Positions 1 through 10,620 of a stretch of 57,182 nt of DNA are shown piece after piece. This DNA comes from Octopus bimaculoides (Eukaryota), in assembly GCF_001194135.2 (NCBI RefSeq), contig NC_068992.1, forward strand, positions 37,785,687 to 37,842,868, in the 5' to 3' direction. The first letter of the stretch is position 1; the number at the start of each line of letters is the position of its first letter. The notes under the pieces were generated by a model. It was not told where the DNA came from, did not search any database, and saw only the letters and a program-made list of their open reading frames with translations. The position numbers and the translations under genes were made by a program.

Positions 1-447
1 CACAAGGCAGAATTCAGATCAGAGACTAAACCAGAATTCATAGTAAAAGAATGTGGTGATAGGAGATGTGGAACGTGTAACAATACCAACAACTACAAAT
101 ACATAGAAAGTGGTTCCCACATAAAATTCAAGAACGGATCTATTTTAAAAATAAATGCAGATATGAACTGCAAAACACAAAATCTCATATACTGCATCAC
201 CTGTCCAAACTGTAACGAAAATTACATTGGCGAAACGAATAACTCACTCTGTCAACGTGCAAGAATTCACAGGCAACATATCCGACAAGAAGAACTAAGA
301 ATGATTCCATTGAGTAAACATCTGGAAATATGCGGAGACAGAAAGTTCAAAATCTTTCCCTTTTATAAATGTACACGGGACGATCCAAAATACCGAAAGG
401 CAATGGAACTACTCTTCATATGTATTTATGAATGTACAAATACATGA
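1..447 (+). mobile_element. Penelope-like element 3' end: Cys-rich linker plus GIY-YIG endonuclease (5' part lies outside the window)
   Basis: Frame 1 is open from base 1: ...ECGDRRCGTC...NCKTQNLIYCITCPNCNENYIGET...RARIH. The IYCITC/YIGET pair is the GIY-YIG signature, and the upstream CxxRCxxC linker is typical of PLEs. Confidence 0.85.
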
Positions 448-714
448 CAACACACTCCTTTACTCACTCACACACATACACAGACACACACACCCCATAC
501 ATAAATGTATACAAACGTACATACAAAAACATGTGTGCGTGTGTGACCTATAAATACATAGAACTGAACACGGCGAGAAAAAGAAAATGAATAAAAAATT
601 TTTATATAAACGAATTGTATGAGTTCCAGCAAAATAATGCCCATATTTTTTGGGCGCTACATGTTTAATTGCAAAATTAAAAATTAATATTTGTGTAATA
701 AAGAAATCAGACCT

Positions 715-780
<66 letters not shown>
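715..780. repeat. (TG)n microsatellite running into an assembly gap (N 781-1269)
   Basis: Read directly from the sequence. Confidence 0.95.
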
Positions 781-1269
781 NNNNNNNNNNNNNNNNNNNN
801 NNNNNNNNNNNNNNNNNNNNNNNNNNNNNNNNNNNNNNNNNNNNNNNNNNNNNNNNNNNNNNNNNNNNNNNNNNNNNNNNNNNNNNNNNNNNNNNNNNNN
901 NNNNNNNNNNNNNNNNNNNNNNNNNNNNNNNNNNNNNNNNNNNNNNNNNNNNNNNNNNNNNNNNNNNNNNNNNNNNNNNNNNNNNNNNNNNNNNNNNNNN
1001 NNNNNNNNNNNNNNNNNNNNNNNNNNNNNNNNNNNNNNNNNNNNNNNNNNNNNNNNNNNNNNNNNNNNNNNNNNNNNNNNNNNNNNNNNNNNNNNNNNNN
1101 NNNNNNNNNNNNNNNNNNNNNNNNNNNNNNNNNNNNNNNNNNNNNNNNNNNNNNNNNNNNNNNNNNNNNNNNNNNNNNNNNNNNNNNNNNNNNNNNNNNN
1201 NNNNNNNNNNNNNNNNNNNNNNNNNNNNNNNNNNNNNNNNNNNNNNNNNNNNNNNNNNNNNNNNNNNNN

Positions 1270-1400
1270 CCCCTGCCGGAGCCTTGTGGAGCTTTAGGTA
1301 TTTTCGTTCAATAAATACATACAACGCCCGGTCTGGGAATTGAAACTGCGATCCTCCGACCGCGAATCTGCTGCCCTAACCACTGGTCCATTGCGCCTCC
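1270..1400 (-). mobile_element. tRNA-derived SINE, 5' head (rest lost in the gap)
   Basis: Reverse complement begins GGAGGCGCAATGGACCAGTGGTTAGGGCAGCAGATTCGCGGTCGGAGGATCGCAGTTTCAATTCCCAGACC, with A-box-like and B-box-like motifs, then continues as non-tRNA body. Confidence 0.75.
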
Positions 1401-1599
1401 AATTGGTGAAGCCGTTTTCACAGACTCTTAAATTTCTTTATATATTGAGTAACGGGCCCCCTGGGGGCAGAAAACACCCATTCCTGGGTTACCTGGAGAA
1501 GGGAGGTAACTCTTTGCGAAGTAACTTTCAGAAATTGATGGTCTCCCTTACATTCATTGGTCATAAAAAAATATTGCGTTTTATATTAGATTCACGTCT

Positions 1600-2712
1600 T
1601 TGAAAGTTTTTAATGTATTTACATCCGGTTTTCTGGCGTTAGTGACGTCTATATCTCTATCTATATCCCTCTATCCGTCTCTCTCTATCTATCTCTATCT
1701 CTCTCTATCCATCTCTATCGCTCGGTATCTATCGGTCTATATCTTATCTACATCTATCTTATTTGTCTAACTAGCTAGCTCTCTCTCCTCCTCTCTCTAT
1801 ATTTCACTCACTCTCTATTATTTTCTCTTTCATTTTTCAGACGCTATTGTTTTCACTGTAAGTTTTCAATTGCAAACTGTAAGTTTTCAATTGCAAACAA
1901 CAACAAAATACTGAGAGAAAGAAGTTCAAAATTACTGATATAAGTAATATTATATATAATTTACTGACAGAAGTAACTTCATAGATTTCACTTTAATCCA
2001 TACATTTCGTTATATTTGCCTACAAATTTCTTATTTACTTTTGAAAAGTCTTGGTTTCTTATTTTGATGGAATTACTGATAAAAGTAAGTTCATAATTTA
2101 CTGACAGAAGTAACGTCAAAAATTTCACTTAAATCCATACACTTAGTTAATTTCCCTAAAAATTTCTTATTTACTTTTGCAAGGGTTTTGTGTTTTTCTG
2201 TTGTTAACGGTTTTTTTCTAACACTGGCTCATTGTTTCACTGACAAATTTCGCTTCAACCTATAAAATTCTTTATTTTCTGTAAAAATTTCTTATTTACT
2301 TTTTGCCCGTCATATTACGAAATATAATTTCTATTGCCCAGTTATTTCCATTGTTTACTATCTTCTGCACCCGTGTATTTCTGTATACGTATATAACCAT
2401 GCCTAGAAGGAAAGTGTCAAATTCGCCTACAATGTCAAGTTCAAACAAAAGAATGTCTCTGTCCAGACAAAGTGAGATAGCTGCAGAAAGGGAAGCATAC
2501 CTAGAAACGAACAGACTGTACACTACAAAAGCCAGTGCATCTCAAAGTGATGAATAGAGGTATGCATGGCTGACAAGGAATAGGATCTTCACTGTAGAAT
2601 GAAGAGCAGTTGCAACAGCTCAGAGAAGCAACTTCTATAAAGCAGTTTTCAATTATGATCCAGCAGCTCATTATGCAGATGATACTAGAGTTTCCATTGC
2701 TACATTAATAAC
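1600..2712 (+). mobile_element. Helitron-like 5' remnant with N-terminal Rep/Hel pseudo-ORF (ATG 2399)
   Basis: MPRRKVSN...E*RYAWLTRN...FYKAVFNYDPAAHYADDTRVSIA resembles the MPR...AAFNYDP..DY...VSIG start of animal Helitron proteins. Upstream there is a (CTAT/CT)n tract and a ~110 bp duplication (~1929-2045 / ~2069-2180). Two stop codons. Boundaries approximate. Confidence 0.5.
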
Positions 2713-2843
2713 TCTCCAACCCATGTCAGCATGGAGCATAGACGTTAAGTTAATGTTGAAAGAAAATTTTCAACTCATATATGTATATAAAGTAAATACA
2801 CGTAATTCAAAAACATGTTTTGTGTACCTTATTTTGTAACCAG

Positions 2844-2891
2844 AAAACAGGTGAAGATGAAAGGCCGATTTTGATGATACATTTCACAGAG
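2844..2891 (+). CDS. Candidate isolated coding exon (KTGEDERPILMIHFTE), gene unknown
   Basis: Acceptor ttattttgtaaccag, a 48-nt open phase-0 frame, donor GAG|gtagta. No homology recognised. Confidence 0.2.
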
Positions 2892-3034
2892 GTAGTAGAG
2901 CCATTCTCATGATAAATCTGACCTTGGATCTTGAAAGCTTGCATGAATCCTTATATATAATTATTAATTTAATACATAAATTGTTTATTTCCATGCTGAC
3001 TGCCTGATAATTAATATTAACGTGATATTTGTCC

Positions 3035-4400
3035 TTATTTTATGAATTTATTAGGCAGGAGCTGCCCAAATCCTATAGGACTCACAATCAGCACTGGATA
3101 TCATCTAGCCAATACAAACTTGTAAATACACTCGAAGTCGACGACCGCACATAACCATACAACCCAAGAACACCACACTCCAATTTTAAGGACCATAAAC
3201 CAGACTTCTTAACCAAACCCTCTATTAGACTCATCCGCCCCACCAAATCGGATTTAGTACGAATTAGCAAAAATATACTAGTCAGAATCATACCCTCTAT
3301 TAGAGAGAAACCGAATATAAACTTATGTTCCTGCACAGGTGAGGTCATCAACTGGTTCTACCTGCTTCATAACAAAAACACATCTTCATTCCCACAATTT
3401 GACATCATAATTACTATCACTTATCCTCCTTAAAAACGCCCTTGGGTTGTATGGTTATGTGCGGTCGTCGACTTCGAGTGTATTTACAAGTTTGTATTGG
3501 CTAGATGATATCCAGTGCTGATTGTGGGTCCTATAGGATTTGGGCAGCTCCTGCCTAATAAATTCATAAAATAAAAACCTAACAAATATAACCTCCTTAG
3601 AAATTGACGTAATTCTATCTGCCATGCAGACCCTCATGTCCTTCAATAAGCTTTGGTCCTGCGCTAACCTCAACACTAACAGAAGCAACTTCTTCAATAT
3701 AACCATGGGCTCATCCGACTCTGCTCAGGTCATGGATCTAGTCGGATTGTACCTCCTTCAACAGCTCCCCCATATCAAAGGGAGTTTATACAGGGACGAC
3801 GCATTGTTAATTACAACAAAATCTGCATTAGAAAAAAACTAAAAAACGTAAATTCTTCGCCAATTTTAACCTATCTATCACTTTCGAAAACTCTTACAGG
3901 ACAGCAAATTTTCTAGATGTTACTTTAGACTTAAACGCTTCACTATACTTCCTATATCATAAACCCAGTCAGTACCTTAAATAGATCAACACAGAATCTA
4001 GCCACCATAAATCTACTTTCGAGAGCATAAACAAAGGCATATCCATCAGAATAACAGATCTATCAGCCAATGAAGAAATCTTCAATAACTACACCAACTA
4101 CAATAACCAAACTCTAGCTGCTAGTGGTTTCTTCCAAAAGATTTGATTTATACCCAACACTAGACTTAAGGAACACCTCTTGAAACTTAGCTCTGGACAA
4201 ACGCGCACAAATATTAGAAATCCAATCCCTCCTACGACGATCAATCAATCTTGCCGACCTAGCACCTGTACGCACAACACTTAATCTACGAACACTAATA
4301 CTAACATTAGGTCCTTCCAACTCCCCTCTAACATTCACTAGGAATTACACCTCCCCTAATTTGCCTAATAAAAGTGGCGAGAGCTCTATGCTCTGGTATT
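3035..4400 (+). mobile_element. Penelope-like element reverse transcriptase, degenerate, with an internal inverted duplication
   Basis: Motifs appear in order: FKDHKPDFLTKPSIRLIRPTKSDL, VINWF, NITMGSSDSAQVMDLVGLYLL, LYRDDAL, ANFLDVTLDL, YHKP, SSHHK, IRITDLSANEEIF. This matches the YRDD-type PLE RT and thumb. Stops and frameshifts are present. Confidence 0.85.
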
Positions 4401-4537
4401 TGGTATACACCTCCATGTATTTCCCAAATTTAAATAATGAGATTATTATCTCTCTCGCTACTATAGTTACACACACACACCTTAACCCCTAGCCCTACTA
4501 CTAGTTTTCTTTACACTTCCTTCTAGAAACAACATAT

Positions 4538-5176
4538 TGTAACGGGATAAATATTTTATACTATATATTAACACAATAATATCAGCATCTCAGTTGAGAG
4601 AAAAAACTTTATGAACTATAATTTATAATTTTTTCACCCGGAAATACCCTATTCAATCCTTAAAGTAAGAAAAGCATTTCATATATTCACGTAGAACTAT
4701 CAGTATTTTAGTAGGCTTTTAGACAACTAATTTAATATAATGTTCAGTTATTCTTCGATAGCTGTTGGAATCCATTCAGTGAGGAACAACAACTCATGTG
4801 AGATTGTGAAGACTTCATGTTCATGAGGAATTTATTCCAATGCAGAATGAGAGTATTTACACAGCATGTACATTATCATTCAATAGAACAGAATGGAATT
4901 TGAATAAGGGAATGTCTTGCCGTATTCCATGACTAGTGAAGGGAACTGAAGAAAATTCAGTCAACAAGAAGTTGTCTCATAACAGGTAGAGAGATGAACA
5001 ACACCATAGCTAGTCACAGGCAGTGTGCGGGAGAAAAAAGAGAGTGTGACATCCGTGCACCTCTTTTATAACTGGGTAGCAAGCGTCACGTAGTTGCTAG
5101 TGACGCGACAGGGGAAATAACTAAAGATGACTCCCATAGAAACATGACGTCACAGATTCGAATATGGTTGCCTACA
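4538..5176 (-). mobile_element. Possible solo LTR
   Basis: TGTA...TACA termini. On the minus strand there is TATAAAA followed by a CT-rich tract and a later AATAAA. No target-site duplication is visible. Confidence 0.4.
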
Positions 5177-5409
5177 TAACCCTCACCCAGACCGAAAAGA
5201 GAGAAAAGGTCAAAAAGGCAAAAAGTTAAACTGTAAGCACGGAAGCAGGTAATTGCCATGTGTTACACAAGGATGAGCAGAGACACCAAGGGTGTGGAAA
5301 GGATAATGATGGAAAACGGCAAAACGTAAATAAAGCATGCAAACACAAGAATATGCAAAAAAAGGTGCAGAATCTGTATGGATGTATTTGATGCAAGGCT
5401 GAGGCACTA

Positions 5410-5920
5410 GAACACTTCTTGAAACTTAGCTCTGGACAAACGCGCACAAATATTAGAAATCCAATCCCTCCTACGGCGATCAGTCAATCTCGCCAACCTA
5501 GCACCCGCACGCACAACACTTAATCTACGAACACTAATACTAACATTAGGTCCTTCCAACTCCCCTCTAACATTCACTAGGAATTACACCTCCCCTAACT
5601 TGCCTAATAAAAGTGGCGAGAGATCTATTCTCCGGTATTCATCTCCATTTGCTTTAAACATTAAGTGCCTCACTAAAGTTTTCTTTAGAATAGTAGAATC
5701 TAATTTCTCGCATAACCATAAGTACCATTCTATCTTTAACAGATCCACTTAGAAATTATTCTATTTATCTACACCAAATATAGAATCTATTATCACCTCA
5801 TTTAATAAACGTAAACTTAGCTCCTACTATCTAAATACATACAACCCCACCATAGACGTACACAATGAAAACACTAACACCAATCGCAATAACATATCTA
5901 ACGTAAATGCCCAACATTTC
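5410..5920 (+). mobile_element. Second Penelope-like segment (RT-EN linker); its first 230 bp repeat 4171-4400
   Basis: Near-identical direct repeat, followed by SPFALNIKCLTKVFFRIVESNFSHNHKYHSIFNRST*KLFYLSTPNIESII, which resembles the PLE PPF...HKIFNR.T.K.SYS..PN linker. Confidence 0.7.
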
Positions 5921-6150
5921 TCTCAGAGCGCTTACACTTTGTATTGTGCGCGCACTGACATTACGCATCCCTCAGAGCATACTGGCTTCATTCCTTGCGA
6001 GCTTACGCATGTCTTCAGCAGTCACGGCCCATGTTTCACTGCCATGAAGCATGGCAGTTCACACACATGCATCGTACAATCTACCTTTCACTCTGAGCGA
6101 GAGGACCTTTGTCACCAGTAGGAGTAGAAGCTGTCTGAACTTTGCCCAGT
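5920..6150 (-). mobile_element. RTE LINE RT C-terminal fragment
   Basis: Reverse complement matches the AMLHGSETWAVTAEDMRKLARNEASMLRWMC region of the copy at 13.1 kb. Confidence 0.85.
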
Positions 6151-7409
6151 CACTTCCCTTTTCATATCACTTCTTTTTTCAGGACCTTTCCTATGTATAC
6201 TTATTTTTTAATATTGTGTATATTATATGTTAACTTGTTTCATTGTTCATACTCATATGCACTACATTGTAGTTGCTTTCGTATTGCACTTGCATGTTTG
6301 CACGTCCAATAACTGCAAGCAATCCACCGCTCTTGCATGCTTACAACGCAAGTGACCCACTACTTTTGGAGGCTTTCAACACTAGCCTCTGCAAGCGACC
6401 TTCCAGTCATACAGACTAACATTTTTTTCCACTGCAAGCGACTCACTGCATTTTTAGGCAAATACTTGGCACTGCTCATGTCTCAGCAGCCAACATTGCA
6501 TCTCAAACACTTTGACTCTTGCATCCTTTGTTTCCTGGACAGTTGATATCACATTGTTCTTCATGTATATTTTTTGCATATTCGGCAGTTCTGCACACTG
6601 CCTCATCTTGCACTAAGTGGCAATCCTGCACACTGCAGTTTCTATTGTCAGGAGATATTACTAAGGTTATTAGGTTTAGTGAGGGGTATGAATTCCTTGA
6701 AGAAAACGACTTGCTGAGTGAGACCCACCACTAAAATTTTCTTAACAATAAAACCATTAACTTTGGATTTAGCATAATCCATAACTTATTTACTATTATA
6801 TCTCCCGTAAATAATAAGAAACTAGATAAATTCTACTTAAGTAGAAACATCCATGATAATAACCAGACAACCCTCCTGGTTTCAATAAGAAATGTTTTCT
6901 TTGTATATATANNNNNNNNNNNNNNNNNNNNNNNNNNNNATATATATATGCACTGTATTTGAAGATGTAGGTTCTTTCTGACTGGGAGTATTGTATGTTT
7001 TATCTATTTTTCACATTAATTTCCCTTCATTACAAACGTATTCATTTATTTATTCTCTCATTTATATGATACTATTATTTATTGTAACTCACTATCTAGC
7101 CTTTAATTATTTACCACTTATTAACCTGATTTTACCTACATTATCCATTATACATTAAACGACATATAATCCCCCTGGCCCAGGTTTATACCAATATTAG
7201 AAACTATCAGTTGAATTGTTTTGGAAATATAACACCTAATAACCAAATGGTATGTCTTTTCTACTTCTCTGATAAGATTTTGTCCAATACAATGAATAAA
7301 TTGTTGTTGGGGATGGTCATATTGCCAGTTTAGCCAATAAAAACACACGCACTGTATATTTGGTGTTAATTTGCTTCAGCTTTATATTACATTACATTAA
7401 TCCTATTTT

Positions 7410-7453
7410 GGCCAGAGTTCTTTCGTCACACTTCTGTGACCTCATCAGTGGTC
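7410..7453 (-). ncRNA. Candidate minimal type I hammerhead ribozyme, degenerate
   Basis: Minus strand reads GACCA CTGATGA G GTCACA gaag TGTGAC GAAA GAA CTC TGGCC: conserved core, 6-bp stem II, CUC cleavage triplet, and stem I with 1 mismatch. It lies in a PLE-rich region. Confidence 0.45.
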
Positions 7454-7642
7454 TTTTGCTTTCTTCTTTCTTATGTGTGTCCCACCTTGCTAACGATCAG
7501 CCAAAAATACAAAATGGCTGATCGTTAGCAAGGTGGGACATTTAATCATCCCATTTATATATTTGTTTTGTTAGCAGGGATTCTGAGTCCGAATTTCTGA
7601 ACTGCTATATATATGTTCAGATTTCAAGAAAGACGGTTTGTC

Positions 7643-7812
7643 ATTAGCCTGGTCCACCATGTGTTACACCTCAAAGATCAAGGGCCCCTGTGTGATATCA
7701 TGTGGAAATTTATTGATCATTTAGTCCCTTATATTAATGAAGGTAGGCGTTGCAAGATCTGCATCATGGAGAGAGCCAACATTCTTAAGGACTGGCGCAT
7801 TAAATAGTCATA
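7643..7812 (+). mobile_element. Penelope-like GIY-YIG C-terminal fragment flanked by ~70-bp inverted repeats (7573-7642 / 7813-7886)
   Basis: HLKDQGPLCDIMWKFIDHLVPYINEGRRCKICIMERANIL resembles LKD...I.W.I...PY....C.LCL.EK..IL of PLE endonucleases. The inverted repeats were read directly. Confidence 0.55.
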
Positions 7813-8066
7813 AAGACAAACCGTCTTTCTGGAATTCTGAACATATATATATAGCAGTTCAGAAATTTGGACTCAGAATCCCTGCTTCACAAACTTCATA
7901 TTTTAACAATATTTCTAATATTACTGTATTATATAATTTTTTACTTGAATATATATAGGGTAGCAAATCTTTATAAATTTCACTATAGGTATATATATAT
8001 ATATGCATATATATACATTTTTAGTTGCATACATGCCATTATATATATAATAAGCTTCTTTAAATG

Positions 8067-8074
<8 letters not shown>

Positions 8075-8102
<28 letters not shown>

Positions 8103-8148
8103 TGTATGTATGTACGTATGGATGTATGTATGTATGCATGTATGTATG
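8075..8148. repeat. (ATGT)n microsatellite
   Basis: Read directly from the sequence. Confidence 0.9.
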
Positions 8149-8699
8149 AGTAGAAATTAATATGTATAGGCTTTTGATATGTAATGAGCCTATGTAAATG
8201 TGTACATATATACAATGTACACCAGCTTATTTGTGGTTTTTCGCGGAACTACTAATTGTTTGCGGAAACCATTGCATATTCGTGGAATCGTAAATAGTTT
8301 CCACGATATTCCCTGGCAATTTCTGTGGCAATATATACTTTTTCACACTTTTTAAAGCTAAATTATTAATTATAACATACCGTATTTGCAGGTTTACTGG
8401 ACGCCCCAGCACAGCTTAGAATAGCCATGCATCACATCGCTTGATGTTTTTTAGATACAACTACACCATATTTTGTATCACTTATTACTGCTTTCAATCA
8501 AAGCTTGCTAATTAGTATAGTGACTACCAGCGCTTTTTTTTTAATAAAATTCTCGCTACATTTGATCATATACATTGCTTATTTCAACACGATAACTTTC
8601 AATGTCTTGAGCCAATACAGCCTCATTGAAATTAGGTTACTTGCAGGTTCCTCTCGCTTTCTCTCTTATTATTGTGGTATGGATTACTGTATCTATGAT

Positions 8700-9100
8700 T
8701 ATTTTTAATCTCTGCTCAATCTATCATTGGTGGTATGCGCAATGAAATTGCATCCAATAGCTATCTTGCTCAATCTACCATTGGTGGTATGCACAATGAA
8801 GATTGCATCCAATAGCTATCTCCAGTATTTTCTTGAGTGCTCTGTTTTTCGCAGCGTGTTATTAAAGAACTAAGATGCTGCCCAATTGCCCCACACATTC
8901 TAAGGTTTCTACCAGTGAACCTAAATGCAAGAAAATGCTTATAACGCTCCCTGAGAAGGAACAACTGCTGGAAATGTTCCAGGATGTAAAAGTAAAGCTC
9001 CAGGAGGTCACTACTATGTTGTCAATGAAACAACCATACACTACATAAAGAACAGGGTGATGATCAGGAGTACTGTTGCAGTACGTGTCTGGTGAAAGTA
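8700..9100 (+). mobile_element. Decayed DNA-transposon C-terminus, piggyBac-like Cys-rich domain
   Basis: Pseudo-frame RRNNCWKCSR...CC...H...CCSTC resembles the piggyBac C-terminal Cys-rich domain. Many stops. A ~55-bp tandem duplication lies at ~8712-8820. Confidence 0.35.
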
Positions 9101-9249
9101 CCAAAAAGATAACGATAGTGAGAAATAAACACTTCATCAGACCCGAGGGCCTTCAGATGTAAAAATAAAAATATGTTGCCTGTCCACTGGATAGGCAACC
9201 CCAATGTAACAAAAGTAACTTTTAATTAGTTCAATCAATTCTTCATCTC

Positions 9250-9960
9250 TCCAGCCAAGGAATAGGCCCAGAATGTTAGCATGGAATTCAAGGTGTTGCT
9301 TGTAATGGATATGCTAGTGGTCACTCTTTAGATTTAAGTCACGAAGAATTTCGAGTTTCTCCTTGCCAGCACCACCTTCCTCATCCAGCCTATGGATGAA
9401 GACATGATCCATGCCTCCAAGACACTCAGAACATTGTGGACACATTGAGAATTTCAAGGTAAAGTAGTACTGGCGTAACTTCACGATTGTAACATGACTG
9501 TCAGTCATCCATGCTCAGCTTAAATACTCGAAGACAGGCTGGAAGGTGTGGCCAGATTGTGTCCAGGATAACAAGGGGTTCTCACCTGAAGATAGTCAGC
9601 ATGTGGCGGTCCACAAGGCAATGAAAGTAGCAAAAGTACATGGTGGCGAAGGTTTTGACGAAATCACACATGATGAGGTCAACAACCCCATCAATGTCAA
9701 CTCTGAAACCCTGTCAGAGATTTATTGGAGTTAACAAAGTCTGCCAGCAAAGAGGAGGAGGAAGTGCCAGATCCAGAGGATGGGGACAATTAGGCAATCG
9801 AACATCTGTCCGACTTTTAAGGGCAGCAAAGAAATTGCAAGGAAAGGTGAAAGTTTGGGTTCTCTATAAGGTTCGGTCTCTCCAATTTAAAAAGCCAAAA
9901 ATACCATGCACACATAGAAAACTCATCTCACCATGATAAAGAAGCAACAGCAACTTCCCA
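9250..9960 (+). mobile_element. Tigger/pogo transposase fragment (DDE_1 region)
   Basis: FKVLLVMD...STTFLIQPMDEDMI...YWRNFTI...WKVWPDCVQD.KGF...GGEGFDEI matches the Tigger-type DDE_1 domain and C-terminus. Frameshifted. Confidence 0.8.
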
Positions 9961-10620
9961 TCACAATGGTCCTCAAGTCCACCAAAAAAGCCTTGTACAA
10001 AGATACTGCATACCCTAAAACACCTGAGGAAGGTGCGTCACCTAAATAGCTTTAAATTTTCTTTGCTGAGCAGTAATTACCTTCATCGCCAATGTCATTC
10101 ATTATTGGTGAGTAACAGCATATTATTCAATTGATTGAACTAATTAAAAGTTACTTTTGTTACATTGGGATTGCCTATGAAGTGGACAGGCAGCATGTTT
10201 TTATTCTTACTTCTGAAGGCCCTCGGGTCTGATGAATATGCACGTGATTTTCAGGATAAAAATTGTTAAACAAATCGAAAGGAGAAAATAAACAGCTTTG
10301 CAATGTTCAAGCGAGGTGCAAAATTTAAGCGATTTGTATGTACATGTAAATGTATGTTTATGTACTGATATGTCTGTCTGTTCAAGTTGTATAAAAGTCA
10401 AAGTTGTGTATGTATATATATATATGTTACTTTTACCGCCATCTAACAGTGAATAGACACAATATCTTAGATACATACATGCAACTATAAACCTACCTAT
10501 ACATATCTGCAAGCACACGCAATCATATAGACACCTATATGTAAACATATATATGTATAACCTTACAGTATACATACATATATGTTTATCCAACAATAGA
10601 GATATGTATATGTTCCTAGA

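Noticed and set aside
650-1343. Long ORFs in the supplied track spanning N runs (also 13141-13667, 18311-19022, 22056-22329)
   Set aside because: They are artefacts of translating assembly gaps and microsatellites (CVCV, HTHT).
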